Origin: an uncultured Bacteroidales bacterium
Lineage (GTDB): Bacteria > Bacteroidota > Bacteroidia > Bacteroidales > UBA3824
Direction of reading: 5' to 3'
NCBI GenBank assembly: GCA_937877455.1
Contig: CALFIU010000100.1
Coordinates: 18,320-82,319, forward strand
DNA: 64,000 nt
A program made the position numbers and the translations under genes. Below the pieces are notes generated by a model. The model ran no database searches and was not told the origin of the DNA. It saw nothing but the letters and a program-made list of their open reading frames with translations. Positions 9,246 through 17,819 of the stretch are shown piece after piece (the first letter of the stretch is position 1; each line of letters starts with the position of its first letter).

Positions 9246-9911
9246 TCAAGCGCACATTCTTTCGATGTTCTCGCGTTTCTTCGATACTTTGAAACGATAT
9301 ACCCAATGGTGGTCGGAATACTCGTTGTAGTATTCAATGCCGCGTTCTTTCATCAAACTTTCAATGTTGGCAATGTCTTTGTCGGCATGGAAGTTGTAGA
9401 AGAGCCAGACACCGATGCCGTAGGTTGTGGGATAAACTACAAAACGGTTGTTGTAGCCGCGTTCCTTGCAAAGTCTTTGCATAGCCATCGCAAACTTTCC
9501 GTATGTTCCGGCATAGACTTTCCGATCCTTCTCAACAAGTTTCTGGACGTACTCAACCGTGATTTCTTTCGACTTCACGTTTTCTTTCTTGACAAGAATT
9601 TGACCGCCATCGTGTTCCACATACAAAGTTGTGTACTCGTATGGGCTGCAATGCCTGTCAATGATTCGGTCGCAAAACTCTTTGATGTGCTTTTCGTACT
9701 CTGCAAGAGTTTCAAAGTTCCAACTCTGGTAAGAACCGTCATTCCTCGGAGGATTCAGTTCTTTGCAAGAACTCTTTGAATAGTCAAACCAATGTTTGTA
9801 CTCTTTTTCCCACTGAGCTTTCTTGAACTCTTCGTAAGTTTCTTCTGGAAACCAACGTACATTGATGCCCTGACTTTTCAGAGTCTCAATAGTTTCTTGA
9901 CTGATTCGCAT
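9246..9911 (-). CDS. hypothetical protein
   Basis: ORF track, 221 aa. Confidence 0.6.
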   Translation of the reverse strand: MRISQETIETLKSQGINVRWFPEETYEEFKKAQWEKEYKHWFDYSKSSCKELNPPRNDGSYQSWNFETLAEYEKHIKEFCDRIIDRHCSPYEYTTLYVEHDGGQILVKKENVKSKEITVEYVQKLVEKDRKVYAGTYGKFAMAMQRLCKERGYNNRFVVYPTTYGIGVWLFYNFHADKDIANIESLMKERGIEYYNEYSDHHWVYRFKVSKKRENIERMCA

Positions 9912-9976
9912 AATGAATGATTTTTTATTGGTTAGAGAATAATCGTACTTTCAGCGGTTTTCACACCGCCAAAAGT

Positions 9977-10159
9977 TCAAGAGTTTTCAAAGTTAGGCTT
10001 GTTATTGTCTGCTTTAACTTTGCCCTGCTCATAATAGTTGAACTTGTTGTCTTTCAAGTAGAAACTTGCAACAACGTCACGTCTTCCCATACCGCCTGGT
10101 ATAACTAAGCGGTTGCACCAACCTTTGTTGAATAGGCAGTCTTTGCAAATCTTATCCAT
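9977..10159 (-). CDS. small Cys-containing hypothetical protein
   Basis: Track ORF trimmed to MDKICKDCLF... Confidence 0.35.
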   Translation of the reverse strand: MDKICKDCLFNKGWCNRLVIPGGMGRRDVVASFYLKDNKFNYYEQGKVKADNNKPNFENS

Positions 10160-10210
10160 ATCATTAGAATTAAATGTCGTACTTTCGGAGGTTGTCACAC
10201 CTCCAGAAAG

Positions 10211-10645
10211 TTAGTGAGAGTTGCGCAAGCCAAGAAAGAACTGAAGTTCACGCTCAACACCTTTTGAGTTGCGGTAAATGCAGCAATTCTTCTCAGTGTC
10301 GTAAAGTTCGTTTCCTCGCTGTTCGATAGGGCAATGATAGTTTTTGTGCTGATAGACAGTTTGTTTGTCAATGGTTATTTTTACGATGCAGTGGTCAAGA
10401 ATTGCACCGCCTCCCAAACTTCGTGAAGTCGAAACAAGAAGCGGAATCTTTACCATTCCCGTACTTCTGCCAACGTAACCGATAGTGTCATAACACTCAA
10501 ACCAATCTTTGCCAGTTGTGGTGTCACCATAGAATACTCGTACTCTCTGATTTCTGTTACCACAATAGTTTGCCAAGATATTGCACACCGCGTCGGGTGT
10601 TCTCTGGTCAAAACTAATTCCGTTTACAACTTTGTAATCTTTCAT
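10211..10645 (-). CDS. hypothetical protein
   Basis: ORF track, 144 aa. Confidence 0.55.
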   Translation of the reverse strand: MKDYKVVNGISFDQRTPDAVCNILANYCGNRNQRVRVFYGDTTTGKDWFECYDTIGYVGRSTGMVKIPLLVSTSRSLGGGAILDHCIVKITIDKQTVYQHKNYHCPIEQRGNELYDTEKNCCIYRNSKGVERELQFFLGLRNSH

Positions 10646-10712
10646 AATGCCATAAATTTAGTGTGAATAATATCGTGGCAATACGAAAGACTGTTTTCGT
10701 ACCGCCTAAGAG

Positions 10713-11060
10713 TCAGAAGTGATTGAGTTCGTAGGAAACTTTGACGTAGCATCTGTGAAGGTCTGTAATGACTTCTTCGTACTCAAAAGTTTTCTTCACA
10801 TACTTCTGGTCGTACTTCTCAATGATTTTCTTTGCCAGAGCAAAACTTTCTTTCTCGATCTTTCCGTCTCTGTGCCCAGAGTAGAGGATAAACTTCGACT
10901 TCCAGTTTGTCGTGTTGTCTGACGTGTTGGAAAGTTCTACTTCATCAACTCTTTCAGCGATGCAGATTACACCGTAGAAACCGTGAAAGAAAAAGTAGTT
11001 CGGTCCCGTGAAAAGTACATTGACTTCACCACCGAAAAGTTTTGTTTTGTAAAATTCCAT
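10713..11060 (-). CDS. hypothetical protein
   Basis: Track ORF trimmed to MEFYKTKLF..., with a TAATTATG start context. Confidence 0.5.
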   Translation of the reverse strand: MEFYKTKLFGGEVNVLFTGPNYFFFHGFYGVICIAERVDEVELSNTSDNTTNWKSKFILYSGHRDGKIEKESFALAKKIIEKYDQKYVKKTFEYEEVITDLHRCYVKVSYELNHF

Positions 11061-11129
11061 AATTACTGAATTTAGAGTGTGAAACATTATCGTACTTCCA
11101 ACAGACGCAAATCTGAAGGAAGTTGGTTC

Positions 11130-11354
11130 TTACAATTCTGGAGCACCGTAGTAAAGATTTTTGTAGAGGAAACTTTCGGTGTAAGCCGTATTTGTCAAAA
11201 GACTCATATTGTGCATACGCTCATGGTTCTTTTCCCAAGTGCGCTGCCTGGCATTTATCAAAAGTTCTTCGTTCTCACGTTTGCGGTAGAACTTCATTGC
11301 AATAACTCGTACTGGATGCAGAATTATTCCTGCAAAGATTCTTAATGTTTTCAT
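11130..11354 (-). CDS. hypothetical protein
   Basis: Track ORF trimmed to MKTLRIFAG... The upstream part of the track ORF is a translation of the 18-bp tandem repeat. Confidence 0.4.
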   Translation of the reverse strand: MKTLRIFAGIILHPVRVIAMKFYRKRENEELLINARQRTWEKNHERMHNMSLLTNTAYTESFLYKNLYYGAPEL

Positions 11355-11429
11355 AATCGTACTTTGAATTTTATCGTTAAACTTTAATTGTCGTACTCTC
11401 AAGAGTTGTCGTACTCTCAAGAGCAAAGT

Positions 11430-11645
11430 TTATCGTACTTCGTAGATGTTGGTGAGCTTGATGCTTATTTTCCAGAAGTTGAACCAGAACTTTCTAATTC
11501 TCGTACTGAACTTTGGAGAATGCCACAGCACTACACCGTAAACCGTTGCGAAAGTTACGAACAGAACACTATCACAACACAATGCCATGAAACACGGAGT
11601 TAGCAGCAGGGTGCCGACAACGAATGTAAAAACTTTCTTTGCCAT
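11430..11645 (-). CDS. small hydrophobic protein, probably membrane-embedded
   Basis: ORF track. Two hydrophobic stretches: VFTFVVGTLLLTPCFMALCC and FVTFATVYGVVLW. Confidence 0.45.
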   Translation of the reverse strand: MAKKVFTFVVGTLLLTPCFMALCCDSVLFVTFATVYGVVLWHSPKFSTRIRKFWFNFWKISIKLTNIYEVR

Positions 11646-11684
11646 AATTATTTGAGTTTTGAATGAATGACCACCAAACTTTTA

Positions 11685-12149
11685 TCACAAAGTCTGGTAG
11701 GCGAAAGTCTTGCATTGTTTCCAGTCAAGTCCGAAACTTTCAAGAACTTCTTTTGAGATTCTGTGTTCTTTCATCTTTTCCTTCAGGCGCATAAACCAGT
11801 GTTCACGCTCATAGATGAAGTTTTCTTTTTGTTCTGCATCCGCAAAACCATGAGAGAGTTTCTTTTGCATTTCATCAAGGTCGTACTTTGCAAACTTGCA
11901 AATTCTTTCAACCAGAGGAATGCCAAGAAAGTAGTCCAACACAACTTTGTTACCGTACTCGGTAAGTTTGTTGCGTGCAGCGTTGGCAAAGATTTGTGGA
12001 GTTTCTTCTTTTGACTCCAGACTTTGCCAGTAGTTGTTTTCTTTCATCTTGATAAAGTTTCCAAACTCTGTGTAAGGAATCTTTTGTTCGATGGCTTCCT
12101 GCTCCCATTGCAAAGTGAGAGCGGAAGGAATTTGTCTTTGTTTATCCAT
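11685..12149 (-). CDS. hypothetical protein
   Basis: ORF track, 154 aa. Confidence 0.55.
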   Translation of the reverse strand: MDKQRQIPSALTLQWEQEAIEQKIPYTEFGNFIKMKENNYWQSLESKEETPQIFANAARNKLTEYGNKVVLDYFLGIPLVERICKFAKYDLDEMQKKLSHGFADAEQKENFIYEREHWFMRLKEKMKEHRISKEVLESFGLDWKQCKTFAYQTL

Positions 12150-12252
12150 AAGCCAAAATCTTTAATTGTTCAATACTTGATGAGCAAACAAGTTCGATCA
12201 TCTTTTCTTCGCCAAAGAGTTGGCGCAAAGTCTCTGAAATCTCAAATAACAT
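12142..12252 (-). CDS. possible 36-aa micro-ORF (MLFEISETLRQLFGEEKMIELVCSSSIEQLKILAYG)
   Basis: Found by hand; it is below the track size cutoff. Its stop overlaps the ATG of 11685-12149 (TATGGATAA), and the upstream sequence resembles other gene leaders. Confidence 0.25.
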   Translation of the reverse strand: MLFEISETLRQLFGEEKMIELVCSSSIEQLKILAYG

Positions 12253-12657
12253 GTTGACTGAATTTTATTGTAAAACATTGAAGCGGCAAAGTTGTCTTTC
12301 AAACTCCACCGCCAGATTATTCCAGACCGTCAAAGAAAAGTTTGCAAGCAAACTCCCAGACCGTCCAGAACCAAATGATAAAATTCAATTATGGACTTTT
12401 CTTAATGCCTCGTATCTTTGCGCCTTCCGTTTCGGTCGCAAACACAAATCTTTGTAAATCTGGAATAATGTTTGTTTCCTTTGCAGTCGCTTAACTCGTA
12501 AACTTTTGCAGATGTTAGCCGGACTTTCACCGCTTAACATTTCGCAAACAATAACGGGCAAAGTCTTTCACAACCTTTGCAGGAAATGAAAAACTTTGCC
12601 ACATTCCAAACTTTGTAAGTTTGTGGAGGCTTCATCATGTCAAAGAACTATTAAAAG

Positions 12658-12699
12658 TTTGCGCCTCAAGTTTCATCTTTCAGAAACTCAAGGCGCAAA
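12658..12699. terminator. strong hairpin in a non-coding region, probably an intrinsic terminator. The T-run is best on the plus strand.
   Basis: TTTGCGCCT-ca-AGTTTC ... GAAACT-ca-AGGCGCAAA gives 15 bp with a symmetric 2-nt internal loop. It is followed by ATCTTTTGTTTG on the plus strand. Confidence 0.5.
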
Positions 12700-12820
12700 A
12701 TCTTTTGTTTGTGGAATGTTACGACTCGAACGTAAAACAACCAGAAAACAAACTTTTTCTTTTGTTCTGGTAGTTTTTCCAAATATCCAAAACTTTTGCA
12801 ACACTTCAAAATAAAGCATG

Positions 12821-12859
12821 AAAAAGCGGAGGCAAATCTTAAAGACTCGCCTCCGCTTT
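12821..12859 (-). terminator. intrinsic terminator after gene 12883-13716
   Basis: Perfect 11-bp stem, AAAGCGGAGGC / GCCTCCGCTTT, followed on the minus strand by a T run. Confidence 0.7.
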
Positions 12860-12882
12860 GCGCGTTCTGGTAACTTTCAAAG

Positions 12883-13716
12883 TTACTTTGTTTCCTCAAC
12901 TTCTGCAAAAACTTTCGTTACTTGTTCCGTTACTTGTTCCAGACTGAAGCCGTTTTCCTTTGCCCTTCTTGCAACGTCTGCAACGTTTGTTAAAATACGT
13001 CTGTAGTCTGTTACTTTGTTAAGCAAAGATTTGATCGCGTTCTGTTTGCTTGCATAATATCGAATTGAAAGCAAAATGTTTGCCGTTGTTTGCTCTCTCA
13101 CTTCAACAAAAAGAGGCATTTCAAAAGTTTTGCCGTTTTCCGTTTTCTGAAGTGTTGCGGTCTGGTAACGGTCGTTTCCTTCTTTGTCTTGACATTGATT
13201 TGCACGGTAAATTAAAACTTTGCCGTTTTCGTCAATATAGCAAGACTCCTCCAGACTTGAAACGTTGCAAGCGGTTAAAACCTTTTTATATAAACTTTCG
13301 TTTTCTTGCAACTTTGCCACAACCTCCGCAAATGTAAGGTTTTGCGCTGCATTTATTTCGCTTTCGTGTGCGGCCAAAAATTCGCGCTTTGCCGTTTCAA
13401 TTGCTTTTGCTTTTGCGTCTTCTGATAAGATACCAGATGAAACAAGTGGAGAAAGACTCGCCTCCAGTGTTGAGGCATCAAATTTAACGGGACAAAAATA
13501 CTCAGACAATTCAACACTAAATAGTTGGTTTTTGTCTATTTTCTCAGCGTTCGCGGTCTGTTGTGCTTCATCTACTAAAGTAAACTTTGCCGTTGCTTTG
13601 CCCTTCGTTGTGGTTGCGTCTGGAATTTGCACGGGTGCAAGATTTTCAACAGTTGAAACACTTGAAACGTTGTTACTATTATTCGCAACATTTCCCTTCT
13701 TTGTCTTTTTTTCCAT
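12883..13716 (-). CDS. hypothetical protein; first gene of the leftward early operon
   Basis: ORF track, 277 aa, with an AATTATG start context. No recognisable motif. Confidence 0.65.
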   Translation of the reverse strand: MEKKTKKGNVANNSNNVSSVSTVENLAPVQIPDATTTKGKATAKFTLVDEAQQTANAEKIDKNQLFSVELSEYFCPVKFDASTLEASLSPLVSSGILSEDAKAKAIETAKREFLAAHESEINAAQNLTFAEVVAKLQENESLYKKVLTACNVSSLEESCYIDENGKVLIYRANQCQDKEGNDRYQTATLQKTENGKTFEMPLFVEVREQTTANILLSIRYYASKQNAIKSLLNKVTDYRRILTNVADVARRAKENGFSLEQVTEQVTKVFAEVEETK

Positions 13717-14969
13717 AATTGCTATTATTTAGAAGTGGTACAAAATTTCAAAGATAAAAACCGCTTTTGACGGTCTGAAGGTACGCTTACCTTCTTAAAT
13801 CTGATGCAAAGATAATACTATTATCTGAAACGTGCAAATAAATCTTTGATTATTTTATAAAAATCTTTGATTTGGGTGCATTTTTAACAGTTAATTAACA
13901 TTTGAGGCGCGTTTTTGCCGTTTTTCGCGCGTTTTTCGCTTTGATATTTAGATATTATTTTTTGATGAAACGATATACATATATTTATATATATAGGTGT
14001 GTTTTGTCCGTTCCTGGTCGTGTGCTGCATCATGATCTGAGCAAACGAAAACAACCAGACAACAAAAACGGATCTGAGCAAAACGGCAAATAATAGGTTT
14101 TTTATTTGGTCGTGTGTGTGCGTTCCTGAAACGTTGAAGAAGGGCAAAGATAGCATTTATTTTGCCGTTTGTCGTTTCGTCTGGTTGCGTTCCTGAAGGT
14201 GTGCGCTTTTTTGGGTGTGGTCGTTTGTCTGGTCGTTGTGTGTGTATCTGGAATTATCCAGAACGGCAAAAATAAACATAATAAAACGCTTTGTTTGCCT
14301 GAAGTGTTGCGCTGCATGTGGTTTTTGTACGTCTGGAAGGCGTTTTGTTTGCGGTTGTTGGAATTGTGCAAAGTACGATAAATAAAGCATTTGAGGCGAG
14401 TCTTTGGCGGTGTGTGTGGTCGTTTTGGTGTGTGTTTTGGCGGTGTGTTACATTATATTTATAATGTGGCATTTTTAACGCTTGCTTTTGTCGTATTTTG
14501 GCAGGGTACACCCCCTTTTAACATGATTGGGCACCCGTACTGACCTTTCGTCGGAATTTTTCATTTTTTGATTTTGATTTTTTGATTTTCGTTGCGTGAA
14601 ATTTCGTCTTTTGTTGGCATTGTGATGTTGTGGAACACCGATAAACAGTGGGATTCCGTTATTTAATGTACCAAATTGTGATTTTTGGCTTTTTTGAGTC
14701 GAAACTATGTTAAATTCATGTTAAATCATATCTGAAATGGTGTGTTGATGTACGAAAATCGTGTATGAATGTACCAAAATGAAGTATTTTTTTTTGAATA
14801 GTCAACATTTCCAATGCTGTTGTGAAACGCCTGTAAATAAAGGCTTACCTTTGCGTCGTGATGTACCAAATGAACCAAATGAACAAAAATATATATATTA
14901 GTAATTTTAATTTTTATATTTATTGTTTTATGTGTATGTATAGGTGCATTGCGAAAAAAGGCACGAAGA
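13717..14969. repeat. non-coding strand-switch region carrying several direct and inverted repeat families; candidate origin and divergent promoter region
   Basis: No credible ORF. Repeats seen:
- ATGTAC(C/G)AAA x4 at 14666, 14748, 14769, 14861
- ATGTTAAAT x2 at 14707 and 14718
- GATTTT tandem at 14570-14590
- GATCTGAGCAAA x2 at 14034 and 14071
- TTTGCCGTT / AACGGCAAA alternating at 13914, 14083, 14161, 14262
- CGTTCCTG x3
- GGTCGT(G/T)TG x4
- AT-only tracts at 13972-13997 and 14889-14935. Confidence 0.5.
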
Positions 14970-16445
14970 ATGAGCGATAAAGCAAAGCAAAATAGGGCGA
15001 AGTCGGGTCAAGAGAAGATGGCATTGATAGACGAGTTGAGCGGTGTTATTTACAAGTCGCTTGACATGAAGTTGCTGCGTGGTGCTTATCAGCAGGCTCG
15101 TTTCGGTGATCGTGTCTATGGTTATCAGGAAGTTGTGTTGAGTGCCTGTGCCGGATGCTTCAAGACGTACATGGGTGATGTCTATTACTTCAACGGCAAG
15201 ATATGGTGTCCTTTGTCTGACATTGTGTTGGAGAATGCCTTGAACAAGGCCATGGTAAAGGGTGGTGTTCCGAAGTCCGATTTGATAAATTCCCGTTCCA
15301 AGTTGATGTATAGTGCGCGTGGTGGTGCTTCGATGTCGCCATTGGAGCTGTCTGCATCTGTGATTGGGTTCAAGAATGGCGTATGGGATTTCACTGACAT
15401 AGAGAATCCTGTTTACCATTCCTTTGAAGACCGAATGCCGATTATCAGCATATTGCCATACGACTACAATCCGTCGGCAGGTTGTCCGAAATGGTTGTCG
15501 TTCCTTCAGTCGATATTGCCGAAAGGCGAGATAATGAAGTTGCAGAAGTATCTGGGCTTGGGTTGTGTTGACAGGAAGAGCATGACCCACAAGATAGAAG
15601 AGACGCTATGGCTCATCGGAAGCGGTGCAAACGGCAAGAGTACGATTTTTGACGTTGTTCGCGGTGTCTATGGTGCTGATAACATGTCATACATGGGTCT
15701 CGACACACTGATAAGTGGCTCTCCAGAGGTTCGTGCGCGTTTTGTCGGGTCGATTGTCGGCAAGATCTTCAACTATTGCAGTGAGGTACAGGCAGACGAT
15801 ATATCGAAGTATTCCGACACGTTCAAGGCATTGTGCAGTGGTGAGCCTCAGACCGTGCGGAAACTTGGTCACAATCCAGAGACCGCCTACGACATACCTT
15901 TCCTTGTCTTCAACATGAACCACAAGCCAGTGAACAAGAAGATGGATCAGGCATTGATACGTCGGTTGCTCTTCATTCCTTTCAAGACAACGGTGAGTGC
16001 CGCAGACATGAACAGGGAGTTGAGTTCTGAGCTGTCGAAGGAGTTGTCTGGCATCCGTAACTGGATGATAGAGGGCTACAAGATGCTGGTTCGTGACGGC
16101 TATCAGTTCAATTCTACCAAGGCAGGTGACGATGAAATGACCAACTACATGCTGGAGAACGGTCAGACCGTGCAAGTATTCCTGACGAAGAAGTGCTATA
16201 ACTGCAACCGCAGGTCTGGTCATTGGGAAGACAAGGTGCAGTGGGTGTCTGCGAGTGCCATCTATGAAGATTACGTGTCATTTTGCGAGAAATGGCTACA
16301 GGAGCCTTTGAACCAACGTGCCTTTGGCGGTGAAATGTCAAGGCTGGGCTGGCATGAGAGCAACGGCAACCGCAAGCGCACAGGTTCCGGCTACGTCTAT
16401 GGCATATTCAGTGAAACAAAGATAGCTTACGCATTGAAAGTATGA
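14970..16445 (+). CDS. D5/P4-type SF3 replicative helicase (phage/plasmid primase C-terminal family)
   Basis: D5_N-like YDYNPSAGCPKWLSFLQSILP...LQKYLGLG is followed by the Walker A LWLIGSGANGKSTIFDVV. The first ATG (MSDKAKQ) is at 14970; the track start at 14949 is a TTG. Confidence 0.85.
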   Translation: MSDKAKQNRAKSGQEKMALIDELSGVIYKSLDMKLLRGAYQQARFGDRVYGYQEVVLSACAGCFKTYMGDVYYFNGKIWCPLSDIVLENALNKAMVKGGVPKSDLINSRSKLMYSARGGASMSPLELSASVIGFKNGVWDFTDIENPVYHSFEDRMPIISILPYDYNPSAGCPKWLSFLQSILPKGEIMKLQKYLGLGCVDRKSMTHKIEETLWLIGSGANGKSTIFDVVRGVYGADNMSYMGLDTLISGSPEVRARFVGSIVGKIFNYCSEVQADDISKYSDTFKALCSGEPQTVRKLGHNPETAYDIPFLVFNMNHKPVNKKMDQALIRRLLFIPFKTTVSAADMNRELSSELSKELSGIRNWMIEGYKMLVRDGYQFNSTKAGDDEMTNYMLENGQTVQVFLTKKCYNCNRRSGHWEDKVQWVSASAIYEDYVSFCEKWLQEPLNQRAFGGEMSRLGWHESNGNRKRTGSGYVYGIFSETKIAYALKV

Positions 16446-16660
16446 ATTTGAAAGAGTTTATAGAAGTAACGTCCATTTATGATGGTAAAAAGGCGGCTAT
16501 CCGTGCTGCTTGCATTGATTCTGTAATTGACAATGCGGCAGAGAGAATGGATTTCGGAGTAAAGCCTCCTCACAGGACTATCATTTATTCTGGAACACAT
16601 TTCGACTGCGTAGAAACATACGAAGATATTTGCAACATGATATACCAGGCAGAATTATGA
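16442..16660 (+). CDS. hypothetical protein
   Basis: ORF track. ATGA overlap with the helicase stop. Confidence 0.5.
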   Translation: MNLKEFIEVTSIYDGKKAAIRAACIDSVIDNAAERMDFGVKPPHRTIIYSGTHFDCVETYEDICNMIYQAEL

Positions 16661-17016
16661 ATAAGACAGGAAAAGAAATGACTTATAAGGAGTTCAAGGA
16701 GTTTTTGAAGTCCTTTGAATCCCTTTTCAAGAACGAGACCGTTCCATTGGAGAAGTTTGAGAGCGACGATAACCTGCTTTCACTTTCTTTCTGCATCTGC
16801 TACAAGCGGTTGTTGGAAGACAGGTTGTATTTCTGCAAGACATGCAGTGAGTATTATCGCGCCATGTACGATAATAGTTTCTGGTTTATGAAACCTCTGG
16901 TGCTTCGCCGAGCGATGAAGTTTGAGGGCATCCACTATGAGACGTTGGGTAGGCTCATGCAGGTAAAAACTTACATGCGTATCATGTATGATTATAACTC
17001 AAAGCCAGAATTATGA
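16657..17016 (+). CDS. hypothetical protein
   Basis: Track ORF trimmed to MNKTGKEM..., whose ATG overlaps the previous stop (TTATGA). Confidence 0.5.
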   Translation: MNKTGKEMTYKEFKEFLKSFESLFKNETVPLEKFESDDNLLSLSFCICYKRLLEDRLYFCKTCSEYYRAMYDNSFWFMKPLVLRRAMKFEGIHYETLGRLMQVKTYMRIMYDYNSKPEL

Positions 17017-17222
17017 GCAAGACAATGAGAAATAGTCAGAATAGCGATGTGCAACACGTTTGCCGCGATTGCGTCCATGTCACCTTTGAGACGAAGTTTA
17101 ACACTATTTCGTTGAAAGGTGAGCCTACGCTTGGCAGATGTCCGTATTATACAGACGGAAAGTTTTGTGTATTGCTATCACAGAAAAGTTGCGAACATTT
17201 CAAAAAGAAAAGTACGATATGA
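17013..17222 (+). CDS. small Cys-rich protein, possibly zinc-binding
   Basis: ORF track. Cys pattern CRDC...C....C.....C. Confidence 0.45.
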   Translation: MSKTMRNSQNSDVQHVCRDCVHVTFETKFNTISLKGEPTLGRCPYYTDGKFCVLLSQKSCEHFKKKSTI

Positions 17223-17767
17223 ATTTACGAGAAAAGAAGATTTTGTTTGCCGATTTAGACGGCACATTGATCCAGACCGCAAGCGGTAAGACATTTGCCG
17301 AGGACTGTACTGATTTCAGAATCAGAAAAGACGTTCTGGATAAGATACGTTGGATGCCAGATCTGGAATATGTGCTTGTTGTCACCAATCAAGGTGGCAT
17401 ACCAGAGTACATTTCCAAGCAAGACTTTGAGACGAAGTTAGATGCTATTCTCTATTTCCTCAATCGGTATCTGTGTTATGACATTACTGTTGATGGAAAG
17501 CACAGTTGTCCGAAGTGGATTGCAGGAACATATTGCGCTTCGCTTGACAAGACTGATTCGATGCGCAAGCCAAACACGGGAATGTTGCAGAAACTTTTGT
17601 CGGAAGAAATCATCGGGCAAAACAAACATTTCGCAAAGTCTGAAATGCTGATGATTGGCGATGCCAGCGGCAAAGATGGTCAGTTTTCGGACTCTGACAA
17701 GAAATGTGCCGAGAACTTTGGTATTGACTATCTCGATGTCGAGGATTTTCTTGCCATTTCTTGCTAA
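17219..17767 (+). CDS. HAD-superfamily (subfamily IIIA-like) phosphatase
   Basis: Four HAD motifs: FADLDGTLI (DxDGT nucleophile), VVTNQGGI, KPNTGML and MIGDASGKDG. Start trimmed to MNLREKK. Confidence 0.8.
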   Translation: MNLREKKILFADLDGTLIQTASGKTFAEDCTDFRIRKDVLDKIRWMPDLEYVLVVTNQGGIPEYISKQDFETKLDAILYFLNRYLCYDITVDGKHSCPKWIAGTYCASLDKTDSMRKPNTGMLQKLLSEEIIGQNKHFAKSEMLMIGDASGKDGQFSDSDKKCAENFGIDYLDVEDFLAISC

Positions 17768-17819
17768 TTCTCGAAAAACTATCAAGAATATATTGTTTCA
17801 CTAAAACATTTTTACAACT

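Noticed and set aside
13884-14511. Several 60-90-aa ORFs on both strands, and the possibility of a CRISPR array, in the repeat-rich region
   Set aside because: The ORF products are low-complexity (T/H/Q/R or V/C/L rich) and overlap each other. The repeats are short (8-12 nt), heterogeneous and irregularly spaced, with no repeat-spacer periodicity.
14928-16223. Minus-strand ORFs 14928-15590 (220 aa) and 15687-16223 (178 aa)
   Set aside because: They are antisense to the SF3 helicase gene, whose frame carries the D5_N and Walker A motifs.
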